Of a DNA stretch of 48,126 nt, positions 25,901 through 37,630 are shown piece by piece. The first letter of the stretch is position 1, and every line of letters starts with the position of its first letter. The translations under genes and the position numbers were made by a program. The DNA is taken from NCBI GenBank assembly GCA_000320545.1, contig ADNK01000336.1, forward strand, positions 1 to 48,126, written 5' to 3'. The notes under the pieces are model-generated. The model was not told where the DNA came from. It saw only the letters and a list, made by a program, of their open reading frames with translations, and ran no database searches. This DNA comes from Bigelowiella natans CCMP2755. Taxonomy: Eukaryota > Protista > Cercozoa.

Positions 25901-27266
25901 TGCGGGGCTACGGTCTCAACTTCATTTGAGGCTGCCAAGAAAAAGCTACAGGATATGGCCAATGAGTTAAAGAAAGAGGCTGAGAGTCTTAAGTGTGAAT
26001 ACGATTCTGATCCCAGTCGGATACAAAGTTTGACTAATAAGGCAAATATGCTTAACGAGGAGGTCAAAAAGTACCTCTTGTTGCCAACAGACGGAAATCA
26101 TGACGTCTCATTCTCATTTAGACCGTATTCCTCCCCCCTCACAGCAAAACTTAAAACGTGGATTCCTCCTCAATTGAATAAATTCTATCAATCTCCTTTC
26201 AGTACCAAAATAAATAAGCAACTGAAGTGGGCGATTGATCACTATTTGTTAAGGAATCTATACACAGCCATGCAATCCGATCATGAAAACTCAATGCGTA
26301 GCCGATGGGTGCAAATCACAGGACCAAAAGGGATAGGAAAGACCTCAGTAGCAAAGTTCATTGCCAGCCTTCTAAGACGCTACGACAATGAAGGACCAGA
26401 CGGCATCTTTTGGGTACAGTCGTCATGTTCTTGTGCACAATCACAATTCATAATTAATGTATTTCTTGCATGGACTAAACATTCAGGTTGAGGGAAAGAT
26501 TTATGACGAAGTGATACAAAGTTTCATCAAGCGTCTACCCCAAAACGAATCTTCCCCCACAGAAAAGATCGAAAAATATGATCCTCTTGAAAAGTTCTTC
26601 ACAGAAAAAGATGATCCTCCCACACTACTGGTTTACCATTTTGCTTTTACTTCCCGAATTTGAGACATTCTGAGTTTGAACTAATGTGCCTACTCAGATA
26701 ATCGATGATGTTGATGAAATAAAAGAGGCGGATCACGAGAAGCTCTTCAAATACCTCATGAATCTAAACCGGGGACTCCACATCCTCACAACATCTAATG
26801 CCCCGATCAGAGTGAAGGGCTTCGACTCCAATGTATCATTTGTATTGTTCTATGCACGTGCATGTAATTTATCGTCGAGTGTGGTTTAGTAACCAATCTC
26901 ACATTTGAATAGGTAAAGGATTTGGAGTTGAAATTTCTGACCAAGGAAATTTTCAAAAGAGTTTTTCATGAACGAGCTAGAGACCTAGGAGATTCAAAAT
27001 TCCAGACTCTGGTCAATGAGATCAAGCGTAAACCTTCCTTATTCTCGGAACTATATGGTACATGTGCATCTTGTCATCATTGATCATGTTGTTCTCACTT
27101 GTAATGATGTGGTGTATCAGGGTCAAAGGTGTTCACAGAAATCCACAGGAATCCCCGAACTGCGATCCTTCTCGCACAAAAAATCAAAGAAATGAAGGTC
27201 AAAAAGATCGAGAAATTCCTTTTGGTGGACACCTTTAACAAGTTGGTTGAAGAGAAAGCTCTTTGA
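21228..27266 (+). CDS. ~1743-aa multidomain protein: pseudokinase, TRADD-N/SEA-like domain, CHAT protease, STAND NTPase, CHAT protease, STAND NTPase
   Basis: Exons 21228-22457, 22664-22754, 23073-26413, 26487-26630, 26698-26832, 26913-27057 and 27121-27266 are in phase. Kinase motifs: VALEV, HRN, AGFG, GTKGYMAPE, DIYSSG. CHAT1: ILHYSGHG and LVFLAACHS. NTPase1: GAEGAGKT and ILIILDDLD. CHAT2: LLVGCHC and LMLAACHS. NTPase2: GPKGIGKT, LLIIDDVDE and HRNPRTAILLA. Confidence 0.85.
22856..22916. repeat. Compound (TA)n(TG)n microsatellite in intron 2 of the kinase-CHAT-STAND gene
   Basis: Directly visible. Confidence 0.95.
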
Positions 27267-28261
27267 AATGATCAGTCACGTGGTGTCGCAAATCTGTTTC
27301 TGGAGCATTCGCCAGAACTCTCATTCCAGGAAACGTGTGACAAAAACCTTACCAAGATTCAAGGTCGCATCCAAGCGTTGTGGGCGAAAGCACGTCCCGG
27401 ATTCATTGCGCATGCGGCTCACAAACGCTCATTGGGGAAGTGTCATCGCATTGAATCAACGTGTAGCTGCTTGAGGATGTTTCTACAAGCATCACCAAGA
27501 ACATGTTGCAAATTTTGGTCATTTCGACAACGATTAACATGAGTGCAATTGTAGCGTAGCTCACGCGAAGTCATCATGCGCTGAGTGGTACAAAGTGCAA
27601 CAAAATGCAAAGTGCTGCAAGCATAAACATGGGTTTGACACCGTTCTTGTATTGCTGTCGGTCGCGTCGCGGCCAGCTAGCCAGGGCACATGGCCACTTC
27701 GATGCACAATTGCTAAATTGGGCATTTTGGGGCCTAGTCAGCTAGCAGAATGCGCATCACAGCAACAAAGGGCTAGACAACGGCTTTTGTTGACATGTCG
27801 TAACCCGTCTGATGACTTTGATTGCATAGAGTCAAGTCTAACTGTGCACATCATTTCCAATGCATCGCTGGCTAGCTGGTTGCTGTGGAATACTAGAATG
27901 CGTGTGACGAATGTGTGAGCATCACGTAATGTGTCGTGTAACCATTGAAGTCTAGATGGAGCGTACCGGGTCAAAGGCACACATGTTCCATGAGACACAC
28001 GTGGCTTAATTAGCAAAGAACATGTGCATGGAGCTACACATGTTCGTACCTGCGCGTACGCTATGTAGCTATTGAAGGCTATAGAATATTAGATGTGACT
28101 GCGTGCGGGCGTCAGCACAGCTTGTTCATGCGCGTAGATGTGTGCGGGCGGGCCCGCTAGCCCATGCAATGTAAATACGACTGCTGTGGAGTACACGCTC
28201 TGTGTACCTGTGCATATAGGCAAAGGCACCCTAGCGTGATAATTTACACATCATTTGTTCA

Positions 28262-28687
28262 TCAGTTTTTCCGTTCAGCAGCCTCATCGTTGACAATTGT
28301 AGTGACAATGCAAGACACATTTTTAGCCTTTGCATGCAATCGTTCCTTTCCCATAGATATCACTCTCTGATAATATTACAGCCGCAACGAATCAAAAAAC
28401 TGAAAAAATATTGTGCAGTTGGAAAGCAAATACCTTTGGGACAATCGTGAGCGCTGCGATTGCATCCGCCTCTCGTAGGCCGAACAAAACTCCAAGATTT
28501 ACCACATCATGGACTCCTGTTGTATGTTGTGAAATCAACCCTTCTCATTCTTCTTAATCTCCTCATTCTGACTGCTGTTGTAAATTTTTGACGGATACTG
28601 CAGAAGTGTATGGTATCAGCAGTCATCACCCAAGGTAAGTCATCACGAAAATTCGCATACATATACACACATAAACACACAAAATAG

Positions 28688-28725
<38 letters not shown>

Positions 28726-29031
28726 ATCAAAAATACCTCTAAGCTCCATCGAATGGGTGGCTTCGGATGTTATCAATATCCTCCTCCCTGGTCAGCATCC
28801 AATGAAATGGATCATGGTTTGGAAACGAAAGTGAGAAGGGAAGGGGAGGGGCATGTTTAATTGCCTACCTTTCCTCTTGAGTCTTATGAGCTCAGAAGCA
28901 TTGGAGAATAGGTTTCGTCGGAGCGACTACAGGACAAACAACCCACATATACGGTTACTACACATTCGCTCCTTGTTTCCGACTGCTATTCTTCTCATCA
29001 GCATCCCAATTGTAGCCTCCTTGCCGCCCAT

Positions 29032-29062
<31 letters not shown>

Positions 29063-29208
29063 CCATCATCATCATGAAGCTAAACTGCATCATAAATCGC
29101 AACCTGGTCACGTATAGCTGCAGCGTAGGCAAGTTCGAAGACGATGCCTTTCTTGTCAGCGGCCTGTGTTAGCACGGTGCGGTGTAGATAATGATGGCGT
29201 TGGTGTTA

Positions 29209-29242
<34 letters not shown>

Positions 29243-29713
29243 CGATTGCAAGGGAGCTTATTGCGTTTATCCTTTATCTCTTATTCATGATGCATGTCTA
29301 CCTGTATCATTGGAAGCCGTAAGCGGAACGTCATTCTCTGCCAAAGCTCCAAGCTGATGATTTCTATGCAGTCTAGGGTGCAGCACTACTTTGCAGGGGA
29401 GGGGGTATCGAAAAGGACACATCGGCCACACACGAATAAAGAACAAACATGCATGGACGTTCTTCAATTTACGTGAGAAAGAGAGTGGCGTGTGTTACAG
29501 ATCATTCATAATTAGCATCTCGCAGGTCGGCGACTGCTCATTTGGAGAGGGCTGGGTAGAGGGAGGGAAGGGGGTTCAAAGGGCTGTGGGTGTGATTGTC
29601 ACCTTATCAATTGCTTCTTCTGTTGTAGGCCGCATTGCTACAATATCGAAGCTGGGACCAACGGTAATAATAAACGCAAGGAAGAGAGCAAAAGTGCGCG
29701 CACGCGCACACAC

Positions 29714-29749
<36 letters not shown>

Positions 29750-30596
29750 CCCAGAAAGGAACGCTGTTTTAGTGAAGCCGAGATCAAATTAATACAACCA
29801 TATTGTTATCATTATAGACAACGTGTGGAGCAAACGTTGGCTGGTGGAAAGTACCATTTCCTGTTCTTCGATACTAAAGCGCCTACTGCAGCGACCTCCT
29901 GTTAAGTGACAAATGAAAAGTTAATTAAGAGACATAGGTAACTGCCTGCTCAGACGGAGGATTTCGAACTGAAGAGGGATATGTGCGAAATGGCGAGAGC
30001 AGCGGGTTTGCCTATCACCTGTGCGCTGTCAACCGATATTGTCAGCCGTTGTAGGAGTACTATCTTCTTCGGCGACGGTTCTCCTAAAAGCGATTAGTTG
30101 ATGGAAGAGGGCGCAACATAGGCATGCCAAATCAGTTGAGAAAAAAGATACTAATTTCGACGAATGCAGTCATCTATTACAACCGGGAGTCTCGGGGAGC
30201 GAGAGAGGGCGTGCCTTGTTGTCCTCGTCGTCCTTCTCAGGCGGCACAGCCACCTGCATGTTGTGCGCCAACACGAAGCTGAAATTTGCTACTAGAATGA
30301 AGTTTGATCAAACGCTTTCTAACCGACCACTGGTTCTGGAAGGCCTTTCTTTCGTTCCAACAGTTCCTTAGCCTCGACTATGGTGTTAATTGCGCCGCCG
30401 CTGTATCCGAGCTTCTGCAGCATGGGCTTCACTGTCTGATGATGTGCGAAAACCACTCAATCATGCATGGCCTTAGAGAGGAACAAACAACTCTCATCAT
30501 TCCCACCCTATCCTTTATTTTGGGGCCCCTTCCTACCTTAACATCGTATTTCCCGCCCCCTTTCCGCAGCGGAAGGTTCAGATCGAACGCCAGCAT
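28262..30596 (-). CDS. RPP30: Ribonuclease P/MRP protein subunit p30 (Rpp30/Rpp1), about 12 short exons
   Basis: Spliced peptides: MLAFDLNL, KLGYSGGAINTIV, LLQRLTISVD, FDIVAMRP, KGIVFELAYAAAIRD, RRNLFSNA, GRRILITSEA..ELRGVHDVVNLGVLFGL. The last matches the Rpp30 motif RGPYDVANLGLLFGL. Confidence 0.9.
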
Positions 30597-31043
30597 TCGG
30601 GACTCCGGCTTCGCTTCTGGCTCGATTTGAGCCAGCTGTTTCCAGAACCGATTTAGGATATATTCGGCTTATTTTCCGTGCTATCTTTCTGTCCTGATTG
30701 AGTCAGTCGTCTGTCTTCGACATGCTCGACAGGGATTTTCCCGATAATTTAGCTTTGATTTAGTCGGGAGTATTAGGCAATATCTCTTTTCCAAATCTTC
30801 CGTTTAATTGGGTTCGAGCAGGATAGATGTTTCTAGCGTGTTTTATTTTCTCAAGAGGATCGGGTGAATTAGCGTTGCCCCTTGCAGAAATTCAGGTTGT
30901 CGCATCTATAAAATGGATTATATTTATGGGGATAATTTCTACCAGATTGCGAAATGCGATCCTAAGATCATTAGTCGGAACGAGAGCACAATTGCCCCCT
31001 CCCCCTGTCCCTCCTCCTTCCCCACCACAAAGGGTGATGGACT
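30597..31043. promoter_or_regulatory. Probable bidirectional promoter between RPP30 and the UBA-protein gene
   Basis: Divergent start codons about 450 bp apart. Confidence 0.4.
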
Positions 31044-32198
31044 ATGGCATTGATATACCAAGTGAGGGCAATTATCGTGTTGTTATTCTGTGTTGGGGCT
31101 GAAGCCACGAACAGTTCTCCTGATCCTAGCGCAGCAAAGGGGAGTGGAGGTTTTGCAAAGAGGAAGCCTACATACAAGGAGGATGACCCATGGTCAGAGA
31201 GCATCATCTCCATCCAATGGCCAAGGAAATTTGATTTTTCGCCGGTATGAGTTTTGTGTGGGTCTCTCTCCCTCTCTCTCTCCCGCCCCGCCCTGCCTCC
31301 ATCTTTCTTTCCTAAGCGTTTGCGTATGTGCCTGTGCACTAAAACTCGCCTCCTCGAAGATGTGTTCCTTGTCTCTATTCTCTCTGCTATGCTGCCGTGC
31401 CATACATATTCACTAACGTTCCTTCTCAGCCGGCATCTGGGGAATCTGGCATTGTGAGCGTTGGCGAGACAAAGAATGCAAGGGCCAATCAACAGAACAA
31501 CATCGACCCTTTTTATGACGATGACGACGATAATGTGCGTGGTGATTTTGCTATATTCTCCACCTTGAGCAGCGGCCATGAGCGATTCAAGGCACATTCT
31601 TCGTGTGTATTATTATAAAAACCAAAACGTAACTAGAAAAAAATACTGTGTTTCGCATTTCATTTCGACAAATAATGGCGGATTGCCATCTCCATTTCTT
31701 GATACTCTTCTCCTTTACCCCCCCCTCCCTCCCCATTCTCTTCTCGGTTCTTTTCCTCTTTGATTCGTTGTATCAGTGGGACTCAGATGGCGAAGGAGAT
31801 CCAAGGGGTGCATACCACTCACACAAACACCATGATGATATACGCACACAACAGTTGTGAATATTTCCTCGGTTTTAAGTGGAATCTCCGGGTAAGTCAG
31901 CGATTTTTTTCCTCTCTCTTTATTTTAACAGGCACTCAAGGCCTGATAGAGGAAGAAGTCAAGGTGAGTCAGGATGTGTTATCGCCGTATGGTGTACGGG
32001 ATATGCAATGTAGAAAAACTATGTAGAAGATCTCTCCCCCCCTCCCCCCCCCCACTGCATGAACAGCTATTTGCTAAATTCATAATGATTCGTGACTTTC
32101 TTATGCAGATATTTGGAAAGATGGGGTTCAATGAGGATGGGGCCAGGTAGCGCACGAATAACCCTCATTATATACGACGCTACATTACCTGAAACACT

Positions 32199-32253
<55 letters not shown>

Positions 32254-32513
32254 CTGATGGAAACGTGCACATGTGTAAACATGCGAGTGGTCCTACATAC
32301 ATACGGCGCTGTGAAGCAAGCTGATGGCGCTCTCTACTGTTGCTGCTACTGTGCAGAATGCTCTTGGGGGAGCTCTCCGAGCCTTCTGATCTGAAAGCGA
32401 TGCAAGCATTGCAGATTATGCTCGCGGTCATGGGAAAATGATGACGATGATGATGATGATGATGATGATAGTGATGATGATGATGGCAGTGGTGGTGATT
32501 GTAGTGGATATGC

Positions 32514-32557
<44 letters not shown>

Positions 32558-32858
32558 GCTGATATTATGCTAATCGGCCATAATGGTCTGCTATGGCTTT
32601 TTCCTCTCGCTCTGCCCCCTCTCTTTCTCATGAGTGCAAGTACAACTCAAACGCAACACAACTAACCCCTGCCTGCAGTAAAACATGGGTAGCATAACAC
32701 GCTTATTCTAAATGCCCTGCTATGTGCATTATACAATCCAGAACTACGAGGACTTTGCGGAGAGAGAGAATTCGCCCATTGAAAATATGGTCGACAAGAA
32801 AAATTATATCAGTTATAATTTTATCATGAGAACACACACACACACAAACACACACACT

Positions 32859-32908
<50 letters not shown>

Positions 32909-33254
32909 ATGCATTTTTTTTTTTATATCTTCACACACTCGGATAGATGAATCTTCTTAAGTGCCCCCCCACCTTCCCCCCCCCCCCGTCTCTGACACGA
33001 CACACAGGTTGAGCTAGGAATCTGCGATCGAAGCACCGCTGCATACGCGCTGTATCACAACAGAGGCGATTTGGAGAGAGCGGTAAGGCCATTTTCAAGC
33101 AACAACTTATGATTCATTAACCGTACAACTTATGATTCATTAACCGTACCCTTCGTCGTGTCGTCGTTCACGACTGTTTTGTACTGCTATGTGCTACTAT
33201 TTATAGGCTGATGAGATTCTCTCTCGCGTGGAATCGAAGAAAAATTTGAGTGCG

Positions 33255-33298
<44 letters not shown>

Positions 33299-34414
33299 CA
33301 CATGCACGCACTCGCGCCCACACATCTCTACTACATGTCTACTTTCACTGATAATATCAGCGGATATATGACAAAAATTCAATAGAATCTAACGCACACC
33401 AAAGCGCATGGCCTCGTAATTGTTAATCAATATCACACGTATGCAGGAAACAACGCCCGGGGAAAGCGCCGAACGGGTAGGAGAAATTAGCACAGCTATG
33501 CACGCCGTCCGTCTCCACGCATTCTTTCGGGTGTCAGAAGGGCTTGCTTTCGCACCTATTTCCCTACTTCCTACCTAAAAAGGCAACGGTGGTCATTCGA
33601 AATCGATCGTTCACTTCTTTGCAGAAACAGAGAAGTGGTCATTGCTGCTGTTCTCCGTTTGAGTCGTCATGCCACGAGTAGTAGGCTGCTGCCTCTTATT
33701 CTATGTTTAAACGCTAAAAGGCAAAGCTCAGCCTGTCTTCGATCGGAGCGAGGCCATGGAGAGTCTAGTTGATGACATCAGACGAAGGTATTAGCGTAAG
33801 GGGGAGGAGGATGTATATGTGTGTGCTGTGTGTGTGTGTGTGTGTTTGAACGTACGATGAGCGGAAAGGATTGACCCTTCTAACTTCGCACGTTGGACAC
33901 GCAAAACCAGAAGACATCTGTGTTTTGTCGTTTTGATGATAACGTCCTCTTCTCCCAATGACGACGAAGAAGCTCATCTAAACACGAAATCGTTGCGCTC
34001 AAAATCAATCCCAGTGGATTTGAGGACGCTGACGTATGAAGTACGATTGTTTCTCTTACAAGAGTGCTCTTTTTCCTTTTTTTTTCCTCCCCCCCCCCCC
34101 CCCCCCCCCCGATTTATTCAGGCTGCACGTAAACTTGGGAGGAGGCAGAAATGTAATGAGCCCATGCAATCACGCACATCTGGTGTATTTTTTTGGAAGA
34201 GGATAACCTCTTTCACTTCCATGAAGAATGTCTTCAGATTTATGCTCGTACAATTCGTGCTATTTGATGATCACGAGTTGTTCTTGTTATGATCATTAGA
34301 TGATCGTTCGGTTATCCTCCGCGGAGGACATCTCCAATGCTGTATTCACGGCATTATCACGGTAACATCTACAACGTATGGCCACAATATAAAGAAGTGA
34401 TACATAATGTATAA

Positions 34415-34461
<47 letters not shown>

Positions 34462-34881
34462 TTTGCATCCTAAACCAGCACGTATAAAACACGTGATAAC
34501 ATGGCATGATCCCGACTTGATTTTCAAATTTGACATTACTTGGATGCTGATCATAAATCGATACTTTCTGATCGCTATAGGAGGGAGGAGTCGCGATTGA
34601 ATGATGACGAAAAGGCACCGAGAAGAAGAGAAGAAGAGAAGAAGAAGAAGAAGAAGACTAGGAACACATTTATATTTACACACACTCATACACACACAGA
34701 GAGAGAGAGGGGGGGGAGGGGTGAAGGAATGTGATGAACAGGTTTGAAATGTAACGTTTTGACGTGTATTGGGTGCAGATAGTGAGTTTCCTGCTTATGC
34801 ATCCGTCTATACCAGTACTACTACTCGTCTGTATGATTTGTCCTCTGATCACACCATTGTGTGTGTTGTGTATGTGTGTGT

Positions 34882-34924
<43 letters not shown>

Positions 34925-35187
34925 GGTATGTGTGCGTGTGTGTTTTATTCTGCTTAGTTCGCTGATTTCCTGCAGCGTTCATATCTCTACAAATATGCAA
35001 AGTAAGACATCACGTTTTTCCACGATTTCAGATTTAAACGTATCGTTGTGAGACTGTTCATTTATGCTGGTGGCGACTAATTTTTACCCTAATTATCTTC
35101 AGAGATGTGCTTTGTGAGTATCAAAAGAGGGAGAAGGCAGCGAAGGGAAGGTGGGTAGATTGCTTAGCGGCGTTTTTTGTGTGTGTA

Positions 35188-35219
<32 letters not shown>

Positions 35220-35779
35220 CATACACAGCAAAGGTTGCGTAGAAACATTCTTAGTCATTGGCAAAGAAATGGTTCCTGAAAAGACCTAATTGAATCCATT
35301 CAATGCTGAAACAGACGGCGTATGCACAAGCTGCTACTTCGACAGCAGAAGAAGCAGCACAGCGCGCGGCGGAAGAAAGTATATGAATACGATGATGCAG
35401 ATGCAAAGGACGAGTTGAAGATTAGGGACTTAGAGGTAATCATCAACCGCTGTGGAGGAGTGAGAGCTGACCGTGACTTTCAAGACAGTTTCTAGACAAT
35501 GTGTCGTGTTTCGTTTGAGCTATTTTGCGAAATAATCTTGACGGAAATGACCAAATAGCATGAATCCGCAGAAAGGGAGGGAGGAGAGTGGTATACGAGA
35601 TGGCGATTTGTTATAGCGTGAATACTTCACTATCTCATCATCACCACCTTCTTCGGTCTTTAAGATTGTATATCATATGCGTTAGGCACGAAGAGAACGT
35701 CGCCGCCATCGTCGTGTATCCTCCCCGTCTAATAAGTATTAGCACATCCAAAAAGCCCAGGAGGCCATGTATTCAGTAG
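31044..35779 (+). CDS. Signal-peptide protein with one or two UBA-like domains and a basic C-terminus; many micro-exons, 3' end approximate
   Basis: Signal MALIYQVRAIIVLLFCVGAEA, then acidic DPFYDDDDDN-WDSDGEGD. Spliced EEEVK-IFGKMGFNEDGAR-MLL and ENM-VELGICDRSTAAYALYHNRGDLERA-ADEIL follow the UBA pattern. Later exons are K/R-rich (RRMHKLLLRQQKKQHSARRKK). Confidence 0.55.
33102..33149. repeat. Perfect 23-bp tandem duplication (ACAACTTATGATTCATTAACCGT x2) in an intron
   Basis: Directly visible at 33102-33124 and 33125-33147. Confidence 0.9.
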
Positions 35780-36298
35780 TTTTGATGTCTTGATGACGGT
35801 ACATTTGTGAGTGCAATCCACATGTACTATGTGAGAAAGTACATATAGAACATAAACATAAAGGTTGGGTTCATGTTCTCACGACCCCCCTGAAATCACC
35901 ATGCATTATATGCCATTCATGTTCTCACGCGCTGCGGTGATATTGCTAGATCATTACGATGTAGCGTGCACAGTGACACATGTCGTACGCGCTCACGGCT
36001 GCTTGAGTGTGCTAGCTGTTGGCACATACAACTCTTTGAAGAATTTGACTTTGCAGCAATCGTACGATATACTAGTATACTGTGTTGGCTAGTTAATGTC
36101 ATGTCGTCAGCAAAAGCTGATAAATAACAACCAAATTCCATGCATGCAAGAGCATTGACAGCGCCGCTGCTCAATAATCCGTAGTGCACAGCTGCTTTCT
36201 TCACATCGAATTCGTAGGTGGCGCAGTTGCATAACGATGAACAATCGCGGATCTTCCTAGAGATTACGTCAAAACACGTTGTGTGTACTACCAGCTGT

Positions 36299-37630
36299 TT
36301 AGGATGATCTTTTTCTTCCGCCTTTGCCTTTCATGTCCAGAAAATAAGAGCTTTCATCCCTCGCCTTGTACATCTCCTTTTCCCAGCTGCCGATGCATCC
36401 TTGCGGTGGGAACAAACGATTGCTTTCATCAGCGATGGAGTCAAGCTTCTTGATGTCATCTTCGTCGAGCCGGACGATGTACTGTGCAAGAGGGTCAGGA
36501 TTATCGTAGGATGGCGCGAACAAGCTCCCAACCTCAACGCCCTCCCGTTTCAGCGCCGCTACTGTCCAATGGAATGTGATATGCTCGTGCTTTACAGGGA
36601 ACCCGCTTAACAGGTCCACGTGCTTCTCCTTCACCTCTTTCACAGAGTGTCCCACAGCTTGCACGTACTCCCATCCCCCCGCTCTCCGCAGAATTTCGAA
36701 TGCGTTTTGCATCGAGGGAGGCATCTTGGTCAGATCAAGGTAGTCAGGCCGCGGAGAGCCGAACCAGCGCTCGTCCAGCCATCCTTCGCAGCTCGGGCTT
36801 TCGAGCAGGAGAGACACGCCGGACGACTTAGCCACCGAAACGAGGCTGTTTTCCGCCCTTCGATCAAGGATGCTGTATGGGATTAGATTTGACCTTAACT
36901 GGATCCCCTCGCCGATGCACGCCTCTATCTGCTTCGAATCCATGTGAATTCCGCCCAAATGTTCGATGAAGCCCCTTCTCTGCAGTTTCTGATGGATGCC
37001 TATCGCGTCCATGAGCCGGCACGGACCCCAGTGTTGCAAGCAACCGACCTGAACAAGCGGGAAGCTAGGACTTTCGAGCACTTCCAAGGGTTCTATGTAG
37101 TATCTTCGCATGATATCCTCCTCGGAGTTCTCGTCAAAGTCAACCAATGAGGGGTCAAACGTTGGAATGAAGAGAATCTCCGTGAGAAGATGGTATTTTT
37201 TCTTCTCCCATTTCCGCTTCAGCTCTACTAGGCCCTCCAGCATGGCTACACCCGCCTCCTCGTCGGCAGGGAGGGCAGGAAATTGAAAGGCGGTGAATCC
37301 TAGCTTGGCGAGTCCGAAGAGGATATCGCTGGCTTGCGAGGGGTTGTAACTCTGCAGGATATTTCCGGCATCGATGATTGTAAGTGGGGCGCTAATGTTT
37401 CCTATTCTAAAGCGTGGAATCTGGTTAACAAGCTCCTCCGATCGATATCGTGGAGGCTTGCCTTCTCCCCTGCACCGCGTCAGCTCAGTCCTACGCCCGT
37501 GAACAGCCCCTCGGAACACTGACCTCGGTCTAATGATGGATCTTCCCGTGCGCGATGGGGAGACATCGAACCCCACCGCCGTGGTAATGAGAACAACGAT
37601 GCAAGGAGGCAGGAGGGGCCATGCTCGCAT
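36299..37630 (-). CDS. Intronless aldo-keto reductase-fold protein (RSP5-like/plant plastid AKR subgroup) with a bipartite signal+transit presequence
   Basis: Signal MRAWPLLPPCIVVLITTAVG, then an R/S-rich transit-like segment ending TRCRG. AKR-like segments: GFIEHLGG, SNLIPYSILDRRAE, GWLDERWFG, PSMQNAFEILRRAGGWEYVQ, RLDEDDIKKLD. Confidence 0.75.
   Translation of the reverse strand: MRAWPLLPPCIVVLITTAVGFDVSPSRTGRSIIRPRSVFRGAVHGRRTELTRCRGEGKPPRYRSEELVNQIPRFRIGNISAPLTIIDAGNILQSYNPSQASDILFGLAKLGFTAFQFPALPADEEAGVAMLEGLVELKRKWEKKKYHLLTEILFIPTFDPSLVDFDENSEEDIMRRYYIEPLEVLESPSFPLVQVGCLQHWGPCRLMDAIGIHQKLQRRGFIEHLGGIHMDSKQIEACIGEGIQLRSNLIPYSILDRRAENSLVSVAKSSGVSLLLESPSCEGWLDERWFGSPRPDYLDLTKMPPSMQNAFEILRRAGGWEYVQAVGHSVKEVKEKHVDLLSGFPVKHEHITFHWTVAALKREGVEVGSLFAPSYDNPDPLAQYIVRLDEDDIKKLDSIADESNRLFPPQGCIGSWEKEMYKARDESSYFLDMKGKGGRKRSS

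Noticed and set aside
30365-30375. Possible GC-AG intron in RPP30 (GAG|GCTAAG)
   Set aside because: The frame continues (EAKELLERKKGLPEPV) to a canonical GT donor that fits Rpp30 better.
33102-33149. Direct repeat considered as a CRISPR-like array
   Set aside because: Only two adjacent copies, no spacer, in a eukaryotic intron, with no cas genes.
32428-34957. ORFs with poly-CV, YI, HT, ER or poly-M/I tracts (here and throughout the window)
   Set aside because: They are translations of intronic microsatellites.
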